A model generated the notes under the pieces. It had not been told where the DNA came from. It was given only the letters and a program-made list of their open reading frames with translations, and searched no databases. This document shows positions 37,431 to 49,980 of a stretch of DNA of 56,763 bases, piece after piece. Position 1 is the stretch's first letter; the number at the start of each line of letters is the position of its first letter. The stretch covers positions 60,512,349 to 60,569,111 of the forward strand of contig NC_068992.1 in the NCBI RefSeq assembly GCF_001194135.2, read 5' to 3'. The stretch comes from Octopus bimaculoides (lineage: Eukaryota). The position numbers and the translations under genes are program-made.

Positions 37431-38352
37431 GATAAAACAATATTGTCATTGGTCAGATGCTCTCAAGACGGACTAGTTGATTTTAGAGGGTCGAAAATAT
37501 GACTAACGATATTCTGTAGTCTGTAAGGGCCATCGCCGCTCATAATACACTGAAAAAACCCTCATATAGTTGGGAATATCAAGGTTATATTATGAATGAG
37601 AACAAGAGAGCTGTTCAGGTTCTGTAACACGCAGACGGTTGTTGGAAAATCTTCCAATCTAACTTAATGTAGCATCTCACCTCAACTGATTTTAAAACCC
37701 TGGATTGTAACGTCGGGAGTGTCATGGAGAGATTAACTAATGGTGCAGCTTATCAAGGAGTGCGTGGGGGCAGCATAGACAGGAGCTATCTTATCTTGTC
37801 AATAATTCGCTTCCTAGCGTGAGTTGGATCTTGTCACTTCCCGTACAGGGATATATTTAGGTGAAGCCACTTTTCTCACCTGGAATTTGCTATATTTTCG
37901 TTTGCCTGACGCATCCTGTATACAATTATTTGTTAAGAAATGCGATTAATAGGATTATTCACACTCAAGATAAAGCATAACCATAAACACCTATGTGTTT
38001 ATATATATATATATGTATATATATATATANNNNNNNNNNNNNNNNNNNNNNNNNNNNNNNNNNNNNNNNNNNNNNNNNNNNNNNNNNNNNNNNNNNNNNN
38101 NNNNNNNNNNNNNNNNNNNNNNNNNNNNNNNNNNNNNNNNNNNNNNNNNNNNNNNNNNNNNNNNNNNNNNNNNNNNNNNNNNNNNNNNNNNNNNNNNNNN
38201 NNNNNNNNNNNNNNNNNNNNNNNNNNNNNNNNNNNNNNNNNNNNNNNNNNNNNNNNNNNNNNNNNNNNNNNNNNNNNNNNNNNNNNNNNNNNNNNNNNNN
38301 NNNNNNNNNNNNNNNNNNNNNNNNNNNNNNNNNNNNNNNNNNNNNNNNNNNN

Positions 38353-38389
<37 letters not shown>

Positions 38390-38431
38390 ACACACACACA
38401 CACACACATATATACACACACATATATATAT

Positions 38432-38474
<43 letters not shown>

Positions 38475-39053
38475 GTGGAAGTGAGACAGAGGAGAGAGAA
38501 AAAGAGGGAAAGGGTGTAAGAGAGATTGCTGATGTAATAAGAAATGAAAATTCTGTAAGATTTTTTGGGTCCAATGATAGAACGTCTCTCATGTTTATAG
38601 CAGATATGAATTCGAGTCACGCGGGTAGCCTTCAACTTCTTATTTCCAAAATGTTTTTAATTCAATGTTTACCGATTCACCGTTCTTGACATAATATACA
38701 CTTATGCACGCAAACACAAACACTCACTCTCACACACACATACACACAAACACAAACACACGCATACACACGCACGCATGCGCAACACTCACATATTAGT
38801 TGCACTATATATCGATGGCTTCAGTGTGAGATTTGATTTACTTCTATGTAAATTTCGTTTTCAGTTTTATCATCCATGTCATTGATTTTTAACTTATTCA
38901 TATAAAATTTATAGCATTGTACCTATATTAAATGCTTACATCTGGTGTGTTTATATTGTTAGAAACCAAATCTAATTAAATTATATTGGGTACATCCATC
39001 ATCATCATCATCAACATCATCGTAATTATTATTATTATTATTATTATTGTTGT

Positions 39054-39087
<34 letters not shown>

Positions 39088-39149
39088 GTTAACATTGATA
39101 TTAATATTAATATCGTTTTTATAGTTATTATTACTATTATTATTATTAT

Positions 39150-39217
<68 letters not shown>

Positions 39218-39984
39218 TAGGTTCTTATTTTGCAGCAAATTAGCAACTTACAAAGGAACGAAAATCTGAAAGTTTCCTTTTTTTTTGTGTTTCAGCAGAA
39301 ATATTGCTTTTAAATGTAAACATCTCCATAACGTTTTATCCAATAAGCATTTTCTGGTGTCATTTGAAGATCTTTATGGAGTAAATTTGATGATATTTGC
39401 GCAGGGTTTATTTTCATAAATGAATAATAAAACTACTCACCAAATTAACGCCTCAAACCAAACATTTATATTTTATTGAAAATATTGATTATTAGATATA
39501 TCTATTCAAGTGGAAACTATTTAGGGATATAAAAATTATTCCAGCCGTCTGAAATATATTCAAGAGTTCTTGAGTTTTGCAGAGTCTGTTTTGGAGTGGA
39601 GAATATAGATTAAAACGTAAATTGAAAAGTGAATTATTATAGTTTTGGGGTCGACTAGTGCGAAGAGTCTGGTGGTGGCGATAAAAAGAAGAGATTTTGG
39701 TTGAATGTTATAAATAATTTAAATGTCTAAGTGTCTAATTGTACGAGACAAAATTATTGTTATTACTATTATAATTTTTCGGGTAATTAATCATGTCTTT
39801 ACACGATGAAGACTATTTTTCGAAATACATAGCAAGCCGAATGTTTTTTCTAAGCCAATATAAAAAACATATTTGAATCAATACTAATATTTCCGCCTAA
39901 ACTTATATGCAACTATATTTACAACCATTCCACTTATCACATATACACAAATCGATATCCACATTAATAAATATACCAATATTG

Positions 39985-40301
39985 GTATCAAATTTTGTCA
40001 CAAAGCCAGCGATTTTGGTTGGAGTGTTAAGTCGATTCCATCCACCCCAGTGCTCAACTGGTACTTATTTCATTGACCCCGAAGGGTGAAAGGCAAAGTT
40101 AACCTTGGAATTATTTGAACTCAGAAAAGAATTCTTCAATGCGTACCCTGTGCTGGGGTACTAAATTTGTTTAGTTCAAGGAATCGACCTCAGTACATAA
40201 AGTTTTAAGCCTGGTCCATATTCTATTATCCTCTTTTACCGAACTGCTAAGTTACGTGGACGAAAACACACCACCACAGTTGTCAAGTGATGGACAATCA
40301 C

Positions 40302-40375
<74 letters not shown>

Positions 40376-41440
40376 TGATATATATATATATATATCAATG
40401 ACGGTCGTCTTTGAGTTCCACGCCGGGAGAAATGCTCACCGGTATTTCGTCTGTCGCTACGTTCTGAGTTCAAATTTCGGCGAGGTTGACTTTGCTCTTC
40501 ATTCCTTCGGTGTCGATAAATTAAGTACCAGTTGTGTAGTGGGGTCAACGTAATCGACTTACTCCTCTCCCCACAAAAATCCAGGCCTTGTGCCTATAGT
40601 AGAAAGGATTATTAATAGTACCGTTAAGGCGTGGAGCTGGCACAATCGTTAGCGCGTCAGGTAAAATCTTAGTGGCATCTATTCTGGCTTTTACGTTCTT
40701 ATTTCGAAATCCACGGAGGTCTACTTTGCCTTTCATCCTTCAGAATCGATAAAATAAATATCGCTCAAATACCGGGGTTGATGGATTCGACTAGTACTCG
40801 TCTTCAAAATGTCAGGCCTTGTGTCTAAAGTAGTAAAAAATGATTAATACTATTGTTGAGGCCCTGGATTAGCAAAATCGTTAGTGCGTCGGGCAAAATA
40901 CTTGGTGGAAATTCGGCTCTTTATATTCTGAGTTCAAATTTTCCCAGAGGTCGATTTTGCCTTTTATTCTTTCGGGTTCGATACAGTAACTATCAGATCA
41001 GTACAAGGATCGATGTAATCGATTATCGCTCTTCCCTAAAATTGCAGGCCTTTTCACAAACTTTGAAACCATAATTAATAGTACTGTTGTTGCTCGCCTT
41101 AGAGCGTTGGAAATCAGTGGTTATAGGTCTTGTGGGGTTTTTTTTCTTCTTTCTTTACTTTAGAACTAGATCGGCCATGATAGATTAGACATGTGATTAA
41201 AAAAAAAGAGGGGCTGGCAATTATCCTTACTCTTAATGACACAAGGTCTGAAATTTGTGGGGGGGAAACTCGTCGATCACATCGACCCAGCGTTTCACCG
41301 GTACTTAATTTATCGACCCAGAAAGGATGAAAGGAAAAGACGATATCCCGGCGGAATTTGAACACGGAATGAAGCGTCGGTCGAAATACCACGAAGCATT
41401 TCGCCCGGCGTGCTAACGATTCTGCCAGCTCGACGCCTTA
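39985..41440. mobile_element. SINE cluster: A minus 39985-40125; B tail minus 40175-40300; three A plus head-to-tail 40397-40612, 40625-40850, 40857-41075; A minus 41215-41440
   Basis: Each copy carries the family A or B diagnostic motifs described above. Confidence 0.85.
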
Positions 41441-41529
41441 GTTAAGCTAACAGTTATAACAAATCCGTTAGGTATTGTATATAGTTCGAATGAGATGCAT
41501 TAAATTGTATCAGGCTGAACTAATTTCTG

Positions 41530-41901
41530 GGTTCGATGCGACCGACCCGACCCTGTTGTTGTTGTTGTTGTTGTTGTTGATGTCGTCGTTGTTGTTGTCA
41601 TCGTCGTCGTCATCGCCGTCGCTGTTGTTGTTGTTATGGCAGTTAATGTTGTCATTGCTGCTGTTGACATAAATGATAATGTGGTTGAGAAGGACGAGGC
41701 AGGGCATAATCGCAATAAATACGATCATCACAGGGATCTTCATGAGGTTAATAGTGATGCTAATATTGGTGAAGTGTGGTGATGGGATGACAGTGATGAT
41801 GATGATGGTGACGATGATGATGATGATGGTGATGATGATGATGGCGATGATGATGATGTTGGTGATGCTGATGATGATGATGATGATGATGATGATGGTG
41901 G

Positions 41902-41932
<31 letters not shown>

Positions 41933-42028
41933 GATGATGATGGCGATGATGATGATGGTGATGATGATGGTGATGGTGATGATGATGATGATAATGATGG
42001 CGATGATGATGATGGTGATGATGATGAC

Positions 42029-42062
<34 letters not shown>

Positions 42063-42350
42063 GTGGTGATGATGGCGATGATGATGATGGTGATGATGGC
42101 GATGATGATGATGGTGATGATGATGATGATGGTGATGATGGTGATGATGACGATGATGAAGGTGGTGATCTACATAAGGGTGGGGGTGTTACTGATATTA
42201 TTGTTGTTGATGTTGTTGTTATTGATGGTGGTTGTGTTGGTGGTGGTGGTGGTGGTGGTGGTGTTGGTGGTAACGACAACTTTACAGTTGGTGATGACGA
42301 TAATAATAACTATAATAATGCTGATGATGATCGTGATAATGACGTTGAAA
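41530..42350. repeat. ~800 bp compound trinucleotide tract (GTT, GTC, GAT, GGT, GGC)
   Basis: Directly visible; produces the poly-Met and poly-Ser ORFs. Confidence 0.97.
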
Positions 42351-42869
42351 ACGAAGTAGAAATAATGAAAGAAAAAGATGAAAGAGGTGTAAAGTAGATG
42401 AAATTACGAAGGAAAAAACACTGAAGAAAGAACAACGAAACAAATTAAATAAAGGAATGAATATCAAATAAATGTAGAATAAAAGGAATTAAAAGCAATA
42501 AAAGAAAAGGAAGAAAATTAGAAAGGAAAAAGTAGGAAAGAAGAAAGACACAAAGAAGAAATACACAAAAAGAATAACAGAAACACAAATTAAAAAAATG
42601 TATAGATATAATCTATTTATACCATTCGATTGTCGGTTTACCTTTACGTGGCAAAATACCATTTTAGAAACGCTGCAGTCACCTACAAAATATATTCTAA
42701 TACATCTTTGCTCTTTTCTACTTACTGGTTGAAAGAATTAGGTAAATCCGCTCAGCATCTGTCTGCACGTATATAAACCAGTAAGTTTGGCTGTTCATGC
42801 CATTAATGTCGTTTCAGGGCTTCAATTCGAATTAAGCAGATTCTGGCAATGCATCGCAAGAATACAATA

Positions 42870-42914
<45 letters not shown>

Positions 42915-44090
42915 NNNNNNNNNNNNNNNNNNNNNNNNNNNNNNNNNNNNNNNNNNNNNNNNNNNNNNNNNNNNNNNNNNNNNNNNNNNNNNNNNNNNNN
43001 NNNNNNNNNNNNNNNNNNNNNNNNNNNNNNNNNNNNNNNNNNNNNNNNNNNNNNNNNNNNNNNNNNNNNNNNNNNNNNNNNNNNNNNNNNNNNNNNNNNN
43101 NNNNNNNNNNNNNNNNNNNNNNNNNNNNNNNNNNNNNNNNNNNNNNNNNNNNNNNNNNNNNNNNNNNNNNNNNNNNNNNNNNNNNNNNNNNNNNNNNNNN
43201 NNNNNNNNNNNNNNNNNNNNNNNNNNNNNNNNNNNNNNNNNNNNNNNNNNNNNNNNNNNNNNNNNNNNNNNNNNNNNNNNNNNNNNNNNNNNNNNNNNNN
43301 NNNNNNNNNNNNNNNNNNNNNNNNNNNNNNNNNNNNNNNNNNNNNNNNNNNNNNNNNNNNNNNNNNNNNNNNNNNNNNNNNNNNNNNNNNNNNNNNNNNN
43401 NNNNNNNNNNNNNNNNNNNNNNNNNNNNNNNNNNNNNNNNNNNNNNNNNNNNNNNNNNNNNNNNNNNNNNNNNNNNNNNNNNNNNNNNNNNNNTATATAT
43501 ATATATATATATTTATTTATATAAGGGCATTACTACAGAATAATGCCACACAACAGACTTCCCAAAAAACACATTTTAGTACCGAATGCGAGGAAAGCAG
43601 CCATCAGAAGAATCTAACTTTCTTTTAAATAACTCAACTATGTATCGACCGATTTCGCGATTACTAGAATGAAATCTAGTTTCCGTTCATCACCATAGTA
43701 TAGTACAAAATATATATAAATAAACAAAATCCTCACCTTACCAAAACGAACACTACGTATCCGACAAAGCAAAGGGAATGAAGTTTATCTGTATATATAT
43801 CCCTTCATAAAGAAGCGGGAATCTTTCTGGGGTGTTCTCGGTACACGTATGCAAATCGGAATAAAATTCAGCATTGAATATATTCCGTGTATATATTTGA
43901 TTAATAAATTCAAAAATTTCATAATTATTCCTGATGTGGAACCGTCTGTTGAAGCATATTGTTGTATTTCGGGACGGTGATTTCGACCCCACCAAATAAA
44001 CACTCGCATTATATATTTGTTCTTCATTCATTTATTACTGTTCATATTCTAACATATATCCATTATCCGGAAATTTTTTGTTACGCAATT

Positions 44091-44211
44091 GTTACCTCTT
44101 CAGCGACAATTTCCATCTTCGGGAGTGCTCCTGCTCCGTTCAGTTCATTATGCTCGGACTTAGCGGAGCAGGAGCACACACGAGGACGAGAAGTGTCGCT
44201 GAAGGGGTAAC
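44091..44211. ncRNA. GC-rich 121 nt hairpin (pre-miRNA-like or small MITE)
   Basis: gttacctcttcagcgaca 44091-108 pairs with tgtcgctgaaggggtaac 44194-211 (one G-U); gtgctcctgctccg 44125-38 pairs perfectly with cggagcaggagcac 44164-77; imperfect middle. Confidence 0.5.
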
Positions 44212-44269
44212 AGATACGTGACGAAAGATTCCCAGACAATAGATATGTGCTAGAATAAGAACAGTAATG

Positions 44270-44655
44270 TATTGTTTGTGTTTTTTGGCTAGATGTTTTT
44301 TTTATTATAGTCCCAGTCGACCAAAGCGTTGTCAGTTGCTTCTGTAGATGGAAAGAAGACCACCGTGAATATGTGTGTACGCGTGTATGTGTGTTTGTGT
44401 GTGTGTGTTTGTGGGAATGTGTTTGTATGTGTTTGTATGTGTGTGTGTGTGTGTGTGTGTCTTTGTTTCTGTGTTTACGTCCCCGTAACTTAGTGGTTGG
44501 TTCGGCAAAGGAGATCGATAGAATAAGCACCAGACTCAAAAAATAATAATAAAAATTCCTGAGTTCGATTTGTTCGACAAAAACCTTTCAAGGCGGTGCC
44601 CCAGCATGGCCGCAGTCAAACGACTGAAACAGGTAAGAGATAAAAGATAAAAGAA
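44270..44655 (+). mobile_element. SINE family B with internal (TG)n microsatellite
   Basis: cgaccaaagcgttgtcag..gaaagaagacc, (TG)n, then tttacgtccccgtaacttag..ggcggtgccccagcatggccgcagtcaaacgactgaaacaggtaagagataaaagataaaag. Confidence 0.85.
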
Positions 44656-44669
44656 AACTACAACTCGTA

Positions 44670-45151
44670 TCAATTCGGCATTTAATCTCCTTCGAGATAG
44701 ATCCCTTCTGAAGTCAGACACTTAATTCGGCGTCATTTCAATTTATGGAGGCCCCACTGACACTCATATTATGGGATAGCTTGCAGGCGCCCCATTGCAT
44801 TCTCGTCGACTTCCTCGACAGATACCTTGCAATCTTATTCTTTTCAAGTGGGATTTCTTTAAAGCGTTGGTTTCTGGCTCATAGCCATACTCCAACGATT
44901 CGTTTCCAAAAAGTTTTCGTTTTCATCGGCAAAATTAAGGAGACCCTGCTGGGCTCGAAGTTTAATCGTCTGTTTCAAACAACCAGATTCTACACACTTT
45001 ACAGTACAGCTATAAACAACAGAAGTGAGTGCCAAGGTAATGACTTAGTCTGCATGTGCGACAGAGTGCCAGAGTCCAATCTGTGCCATTCTGTGTACCT
45101 AAGCTCCGTTTCCGTACCAACAGTCCCAATACTTTTTGATCAAACCTTGTA
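44670..45151 (-). mobile_element. Internally deleted mariner transposon relic
   Basis: 5' end TA+tacaaggtttgatcaaaaagtattgggac (TIR-like); peptides YGYEPET and VEEVDENAMGRLQAIP*..KCLTSEGIYLEGD* match mariner transposase motifs (WVYGYEPET, C-terminal GxYFEGD). Confidence 0.78.
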
Positions 45152-45190
45152 TACACATATGTATATAGATGGACAGACAGACAGACAGAC

Positions 45191-45373
<183 letters not shown>

Positions 45374-45744
45374 TAGGTAGATAGAAATACACATATATAT
45401 AAACTTATATCTCATAATATGTGAGGCAGGATTTATTATTTTTTTATGAGAAGAACTTTATTGTTTTTTCTATCTTTTTCTTTTAACTTTTGAGTTTTGC
45501 ATTTAAAAATTTGATACGCTGATGCAAATATTCAATATAAATCACATTCATTATTTATGTGTTGCAATAGTACAAGACAGACATAACATCCCTCCCTCCT
45601 ACACAGTCCGTACTAACTTTAAAAATTTACGCTCTGAATTAATAAAATTGTTTTAGATAATCAATAATGTGTCCAATATCATAGATTTTTCAAAATATAT
45701 ATTATCAAATATCCTGACTGTCCTCTCATACATACATACATACA

Positions 45745-45779
<35 letters not shown>

Positions 45780-46069
45780 TTTATATTTATGAATGTATAT
45801 ATGTATACACACACACACAAACACATATATGTCACGTGTGTGTGTATGTGTGTATTGATTGAGTTCTTTATTGCAATATGGTCTTCTTGCCTGCTTCATG
45901 AAGTCTATCATATATAATCGCTTTGGAGCCCTTCTTGACTGTTGTCAATATAATTCAATAAACATATACTCTCCCTACAAAATGTGTTATATCTTTTGCT
46001 GTATTACCGTCGTCTTTATCGTCTGATCAAGTCAATCATATTTGTCTATCTATCTACAGATATATATAG

Positions 46070-46106
<37 letters not shown>

Positions 46107-46382
46107 NNNNNNNNNNNNNNNNNNNNNNNNNNNNNNNNNNNNNNNNNNNNNNNNNNNNNNNNNNNNNNNNNNNNNNNNNNNNNNNNNNNNNNNNNNNNNN
46201 NNNNNNNNNNNNNNNNNNNNNNNNNNNNNNNNNNNNNNNNNNNNNNNNNNNNNNNNNNNNNNNNNNNNNNNNNNNNNNNNNNNNNNNNNNNNNNNNNNNN
46301 NNNNNNNNNNNNNNNNNNNNNNNNNNNNNNNNNNNNNNNNNNNNNNNNNNNNNNNNNNNNNNNNNNNNNNNNNNNNNNTATA

Positions 46383-46740
46383 TATTCTTTAATTCTTTTA
46401 CCTGTTTCAGCGATGCGGCTGTGGTCATGCTGGAGCACCACCGTGGTCTTTCTGATTTCCTCAGTCCAGGGTGTTTCACATCACCACATCTGTATGTGCC
46501 CTTGTCCCTGCAGTTGGCCCATTTGGTGTATTAGGGAGTTTGATACCATTGCTCTCGCCTCTCATGTCTAGTTCCATTTTGAAGACAGCTACTTCCACCT
46601 TATGTAGATAACTTAATTTTTGTAGCAGGGCATTGGAGAGATGTGGGCCTTTGAACCCTAGACTATTCCAGTATCTGATCCTGAATTTAGATGGAGTGGA
46701 TGGTTTCCGGCCAGTTCCAACATTGTATAACAGCTTAAGT
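46383..46740 (-). mobile_element. CR1-type LINE 3' end
   Basis: Minus frame YWNSLGFKGPHLSNALLQKLSYLHKVEVAVFKMELD resembles the CR1-group RT C-terminus (WN.LP....FK..LD); 3' tail ggtggtgctccagcatgaccacagccgcatcgctgaaacaggtaaaagaattaaaagaata. Confidence 0.7.
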
Positions 46741-48650
46741 CATTTCCATATAGTAAAATAAAATGTATATGTATCTCCTACCAAATGTGGTGAACGCTAC
46801 TGTTTTCGTTTGACCATCCATTTGTACATGCATGCATATACAAACATACATACGTGCGTACATACATACATATATATGGTGTGTGTATATATAAATAAAT
46901 GCGTATAGCTATAGCTGTGTATGCCCCTACTGCTCTCGAACTTTCTGACGTTTCCGTATAGCACATACCCCCTCGCATTCATGTATATACTACGTACATA
47001 CACAGTGTGACTGGCTGGTTGCGACTGGCAAAGCTGTAAAGCAAGCGCTTCAGACGATCTAGGTTTAGTACACATAATTTCTTCTCACTGGAAAAATCGT
47101 TTAATGTATATTTATCTGAAATGTGGTTGAATTGTTCCACATGGACAGAGGAGTAGTTATGAAGATTAATGTAATTACAGCCTAGAAATAAAATACTCAG
47201 TTCTTAGATCTTGATATAAAGTAAAAGTTTCAAGTATTGATTTTTCGATTATGCTAGTGATGGCCAGTTTTACAAAAACACCATTAATGCTCCTATTGAT
47301 TGGAATTTATTTCTAAGCAGCAATGTTTAATGTTCAGCAGAGTAAACGTGTGTAATAAAGAAATAGTTAATGTGACAGTCTTAGCTTTATCGTTACATCA
47401 CAACTAATTTCTGGATAATTATATTCGTGAAAGCAGAACGATGAGAGAAGTGAATGTACGGTCTCGGAGTTCTCTAGAACCACTGCATCAAATAGTTGTT
47501 TTTCCTTTTTACAAATATATTTTATCTTTCATTATTATATTATCTATTTATTTTTATCGATAAATCTAATGAGTTCAATACGAAAGCTTTCTGTGAAACA
47601 CTGAGATGTTATTAATTATTAAGTTAATAACTTCATTGATTCATTTGTACTGGAACATGATATTATTGATAAAAAACAGATACGATGTCTATATTTAAGT
47701 AATCTGCCGAATTAGAACCATTTCATAGATTCCTCTTCTTTGAAAATGCATGAATTTTGTCACAGACAATCGTTCAAAGATCACCACCACTCTGAGGCAA
47801 TTGTTTTCACTTATTTATTTATCTATTTTTTGTACTTTAGTGAACATTACTTTGTTACATCTGATCAGGGCTTCGATCTAAGTAGCTTACCGCTGAGGCC
47901 TTGACAGGCTTATGGGCTCTGCCGTTTTTCCTCTTGCTAAGCCATCAAAATAATGATCTCTTGCTGTTTCACTTATTCTCTTAACAAAGGATTTAACGTT
48001 GTTATTAGAAAGTTTGAGAAGTTTCTTAGACAAGTCACGAAAACAAATTCAGATATCTATAAAATGTTTTATACTTGTTGGTGATTGTAACACAAACTTG
48101 TTACTAGAAAGATTACTCTTGCCCTACATCATTTAATCTAGTGGACAAGAACATTTTCATTAATCTAGACTAAACCAAGAGTAATCCAGTATACGTGCTC
48201 ATAAACCTTAATCTAGCCGAAGAAAAAAATACCGTCTCTCCACACATTCGTAAATGTTTTCTTCGAAGATGAATCTTGGATCAATATATAGATTTGATCA
48301 AGAAAGGCAAAGGTGACCACTCTGGAGTCTCAATAATCAAATGAGTTCAACAACTGCAATATATTAATGAACTAAGGGGTGACAAGCAAATCCCAGCAGA
48401 CCTGATACCGAACTGGCTTTGGACAAAAGGCCGAACCCTTAAAGAGGTCATCGAAAGGACTCTGACTTACAAAGAACCGATTGATTGCTTAACCAGCGCA
48501 TTAAATAAACGTTCAATTAGTTAGTGGGTTAGATATTCAACCATTGACTAATAATAAAGAAGTGATATTGAACCAGTGCGTGTGTTGCTATTATTGGCGT
48601 AATGACCTTTCCAAGATGCAACAAGATTTGGAGCAACTGATTATGATAAT

Positions 48651-48721
<71 letters not shown>

Positions 48722-48722
<1 letters not shown>

Positions 48723-48935
48723 CATTTCTGCTATAGGTACAAGGCCTGAAATTTTAGGGGAGGGGCTAGTCGATTATATCGGCTCCAGTGCATAACTGGT
48801 ACTTATTTCATCGATCCCGAAAGGATGAAAGGCAACATCGACCTCGGTGAAATTTGAACTCAAAGCGTTAAGACAGACGAAATGCCGTTACGCACCTTGA
48901 CCGGCGTCCGAAACATTCTACCAGCCCACTATCTT
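48722..48935 (-). mobile_element. SINE family A within a (TAA)n tract
   Basis: ggtacaaggcctgaaattttagggg..gaaaggatgaaaggcaacatcgacctcgg; the (ATT)n tail lies at 48640-48720 on the minus strand. Confidence 0.88.
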
Positions 48936-48979
48936 GAATAACAATAATGATGATGAAGATGATGATGATGATGATGATG

Positions 48980-49163
<184 letters not shown>

Positions 49164-49195
49164 TGTTGATGATGATGATGATGATGATAATAATA

Positions 49196-49230
<35 letters not shown>

Positions 49231-49249
49231 CATGATGATCATGATGATT

Positions 49250-49754
49250 ATCACGGCCAACAAAGAACAAAGACGTGGTATTAGCAAACTCCAGAACGTG
49301 TCACTGGGAATGAAGCTTGCAAAATGCTGTGGGATGCCATGTTTCAGTGCGGTCACCTGACCAGACATCAGAAACTGGTCATTGTTGTGATGAATAGAAA
49401 ACGAAAAACTTGCATGGTAATCGACATTTCCCGGGGATAACAGGCTCAAGGAGAAAGAAGAAAAGCCGAACAACTACGACGATTTGTAGTGGGAAATACG
49501 AAGGATGTGGCCCACGAGGAGAGTAGATGTGATACCAATATTAATCGGTGCACTTGGAAGTATCAGCACTCAGATACCAGCATGGCTGAAAAAGATTGGT
49601 ATAAATGTACAAAAATCAGCATTGCTTGGAAGTGCAAGAATTCTTCACAGGGCTCTTGAAGCATGACCAGTAAACAAGTGTCACCTTAGTCTGTTGACTA
49701 TGGACAACTGACACTTTCTATCATACTCAGCAGAATAAGCTGAGAGTATTCATC
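49250..49754 (+). mobile_element. R4/Dong-clade non-LTR retrotransposon, 3' fragment with 3' UTR
   Basis: TWY*QTPERVTGNEACKMLWDAMFQCGHLTRHQKLVIVVMNRKRKTCMVIDI / GDNRLKEKEEKPNNYDDL*WEIRRMWPTRRVDVIPILIGALGSI..QKSALLGSARILHRALEA* (TGA 49664-66); 3' UTR runs into (TAA)n at 49755. Confidence 0.88.
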
Positions 49755-49805
<51 letters not shown>

Positions 49806-49829
49806 TAATAATAATAATAATAATAATAA

Positions 49830-49980
49830 TGGTTTCAAATTTTGGAACCAGCCCAATAGTTTGGAGGGGAAGATAAGCTGATTACATGGACGCCAATACT
49901 GACAGGATGAATGACAAAGTTGGCCTCGGCGGAATTTGAACTTAGAAATTAAAGAGCTAGAAAAAAGTGCCGTTAAGTAT
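49830..49980 (-). mobile_element. SINE family A, degenerate
   Basis: ggtttcaaattttgg..caaagttggcctcggcggaatttgaacttagaa. Confidence 0.75.

Noticed and set aside
37560-37920. Possible GIY-YIG C-terminal remnant (DVTIQGFK..VRLE) on minus
   Set aside because: Too degenerate to support without a profile search.
41673-42359. 228 aa poly-Met ORF, antisense poly-Ser ORF and a possible Asp/Gly-rich frame
   Set aside because: Products of a (GAT)n-based compound microsatellite; no splice signals or unique domain.
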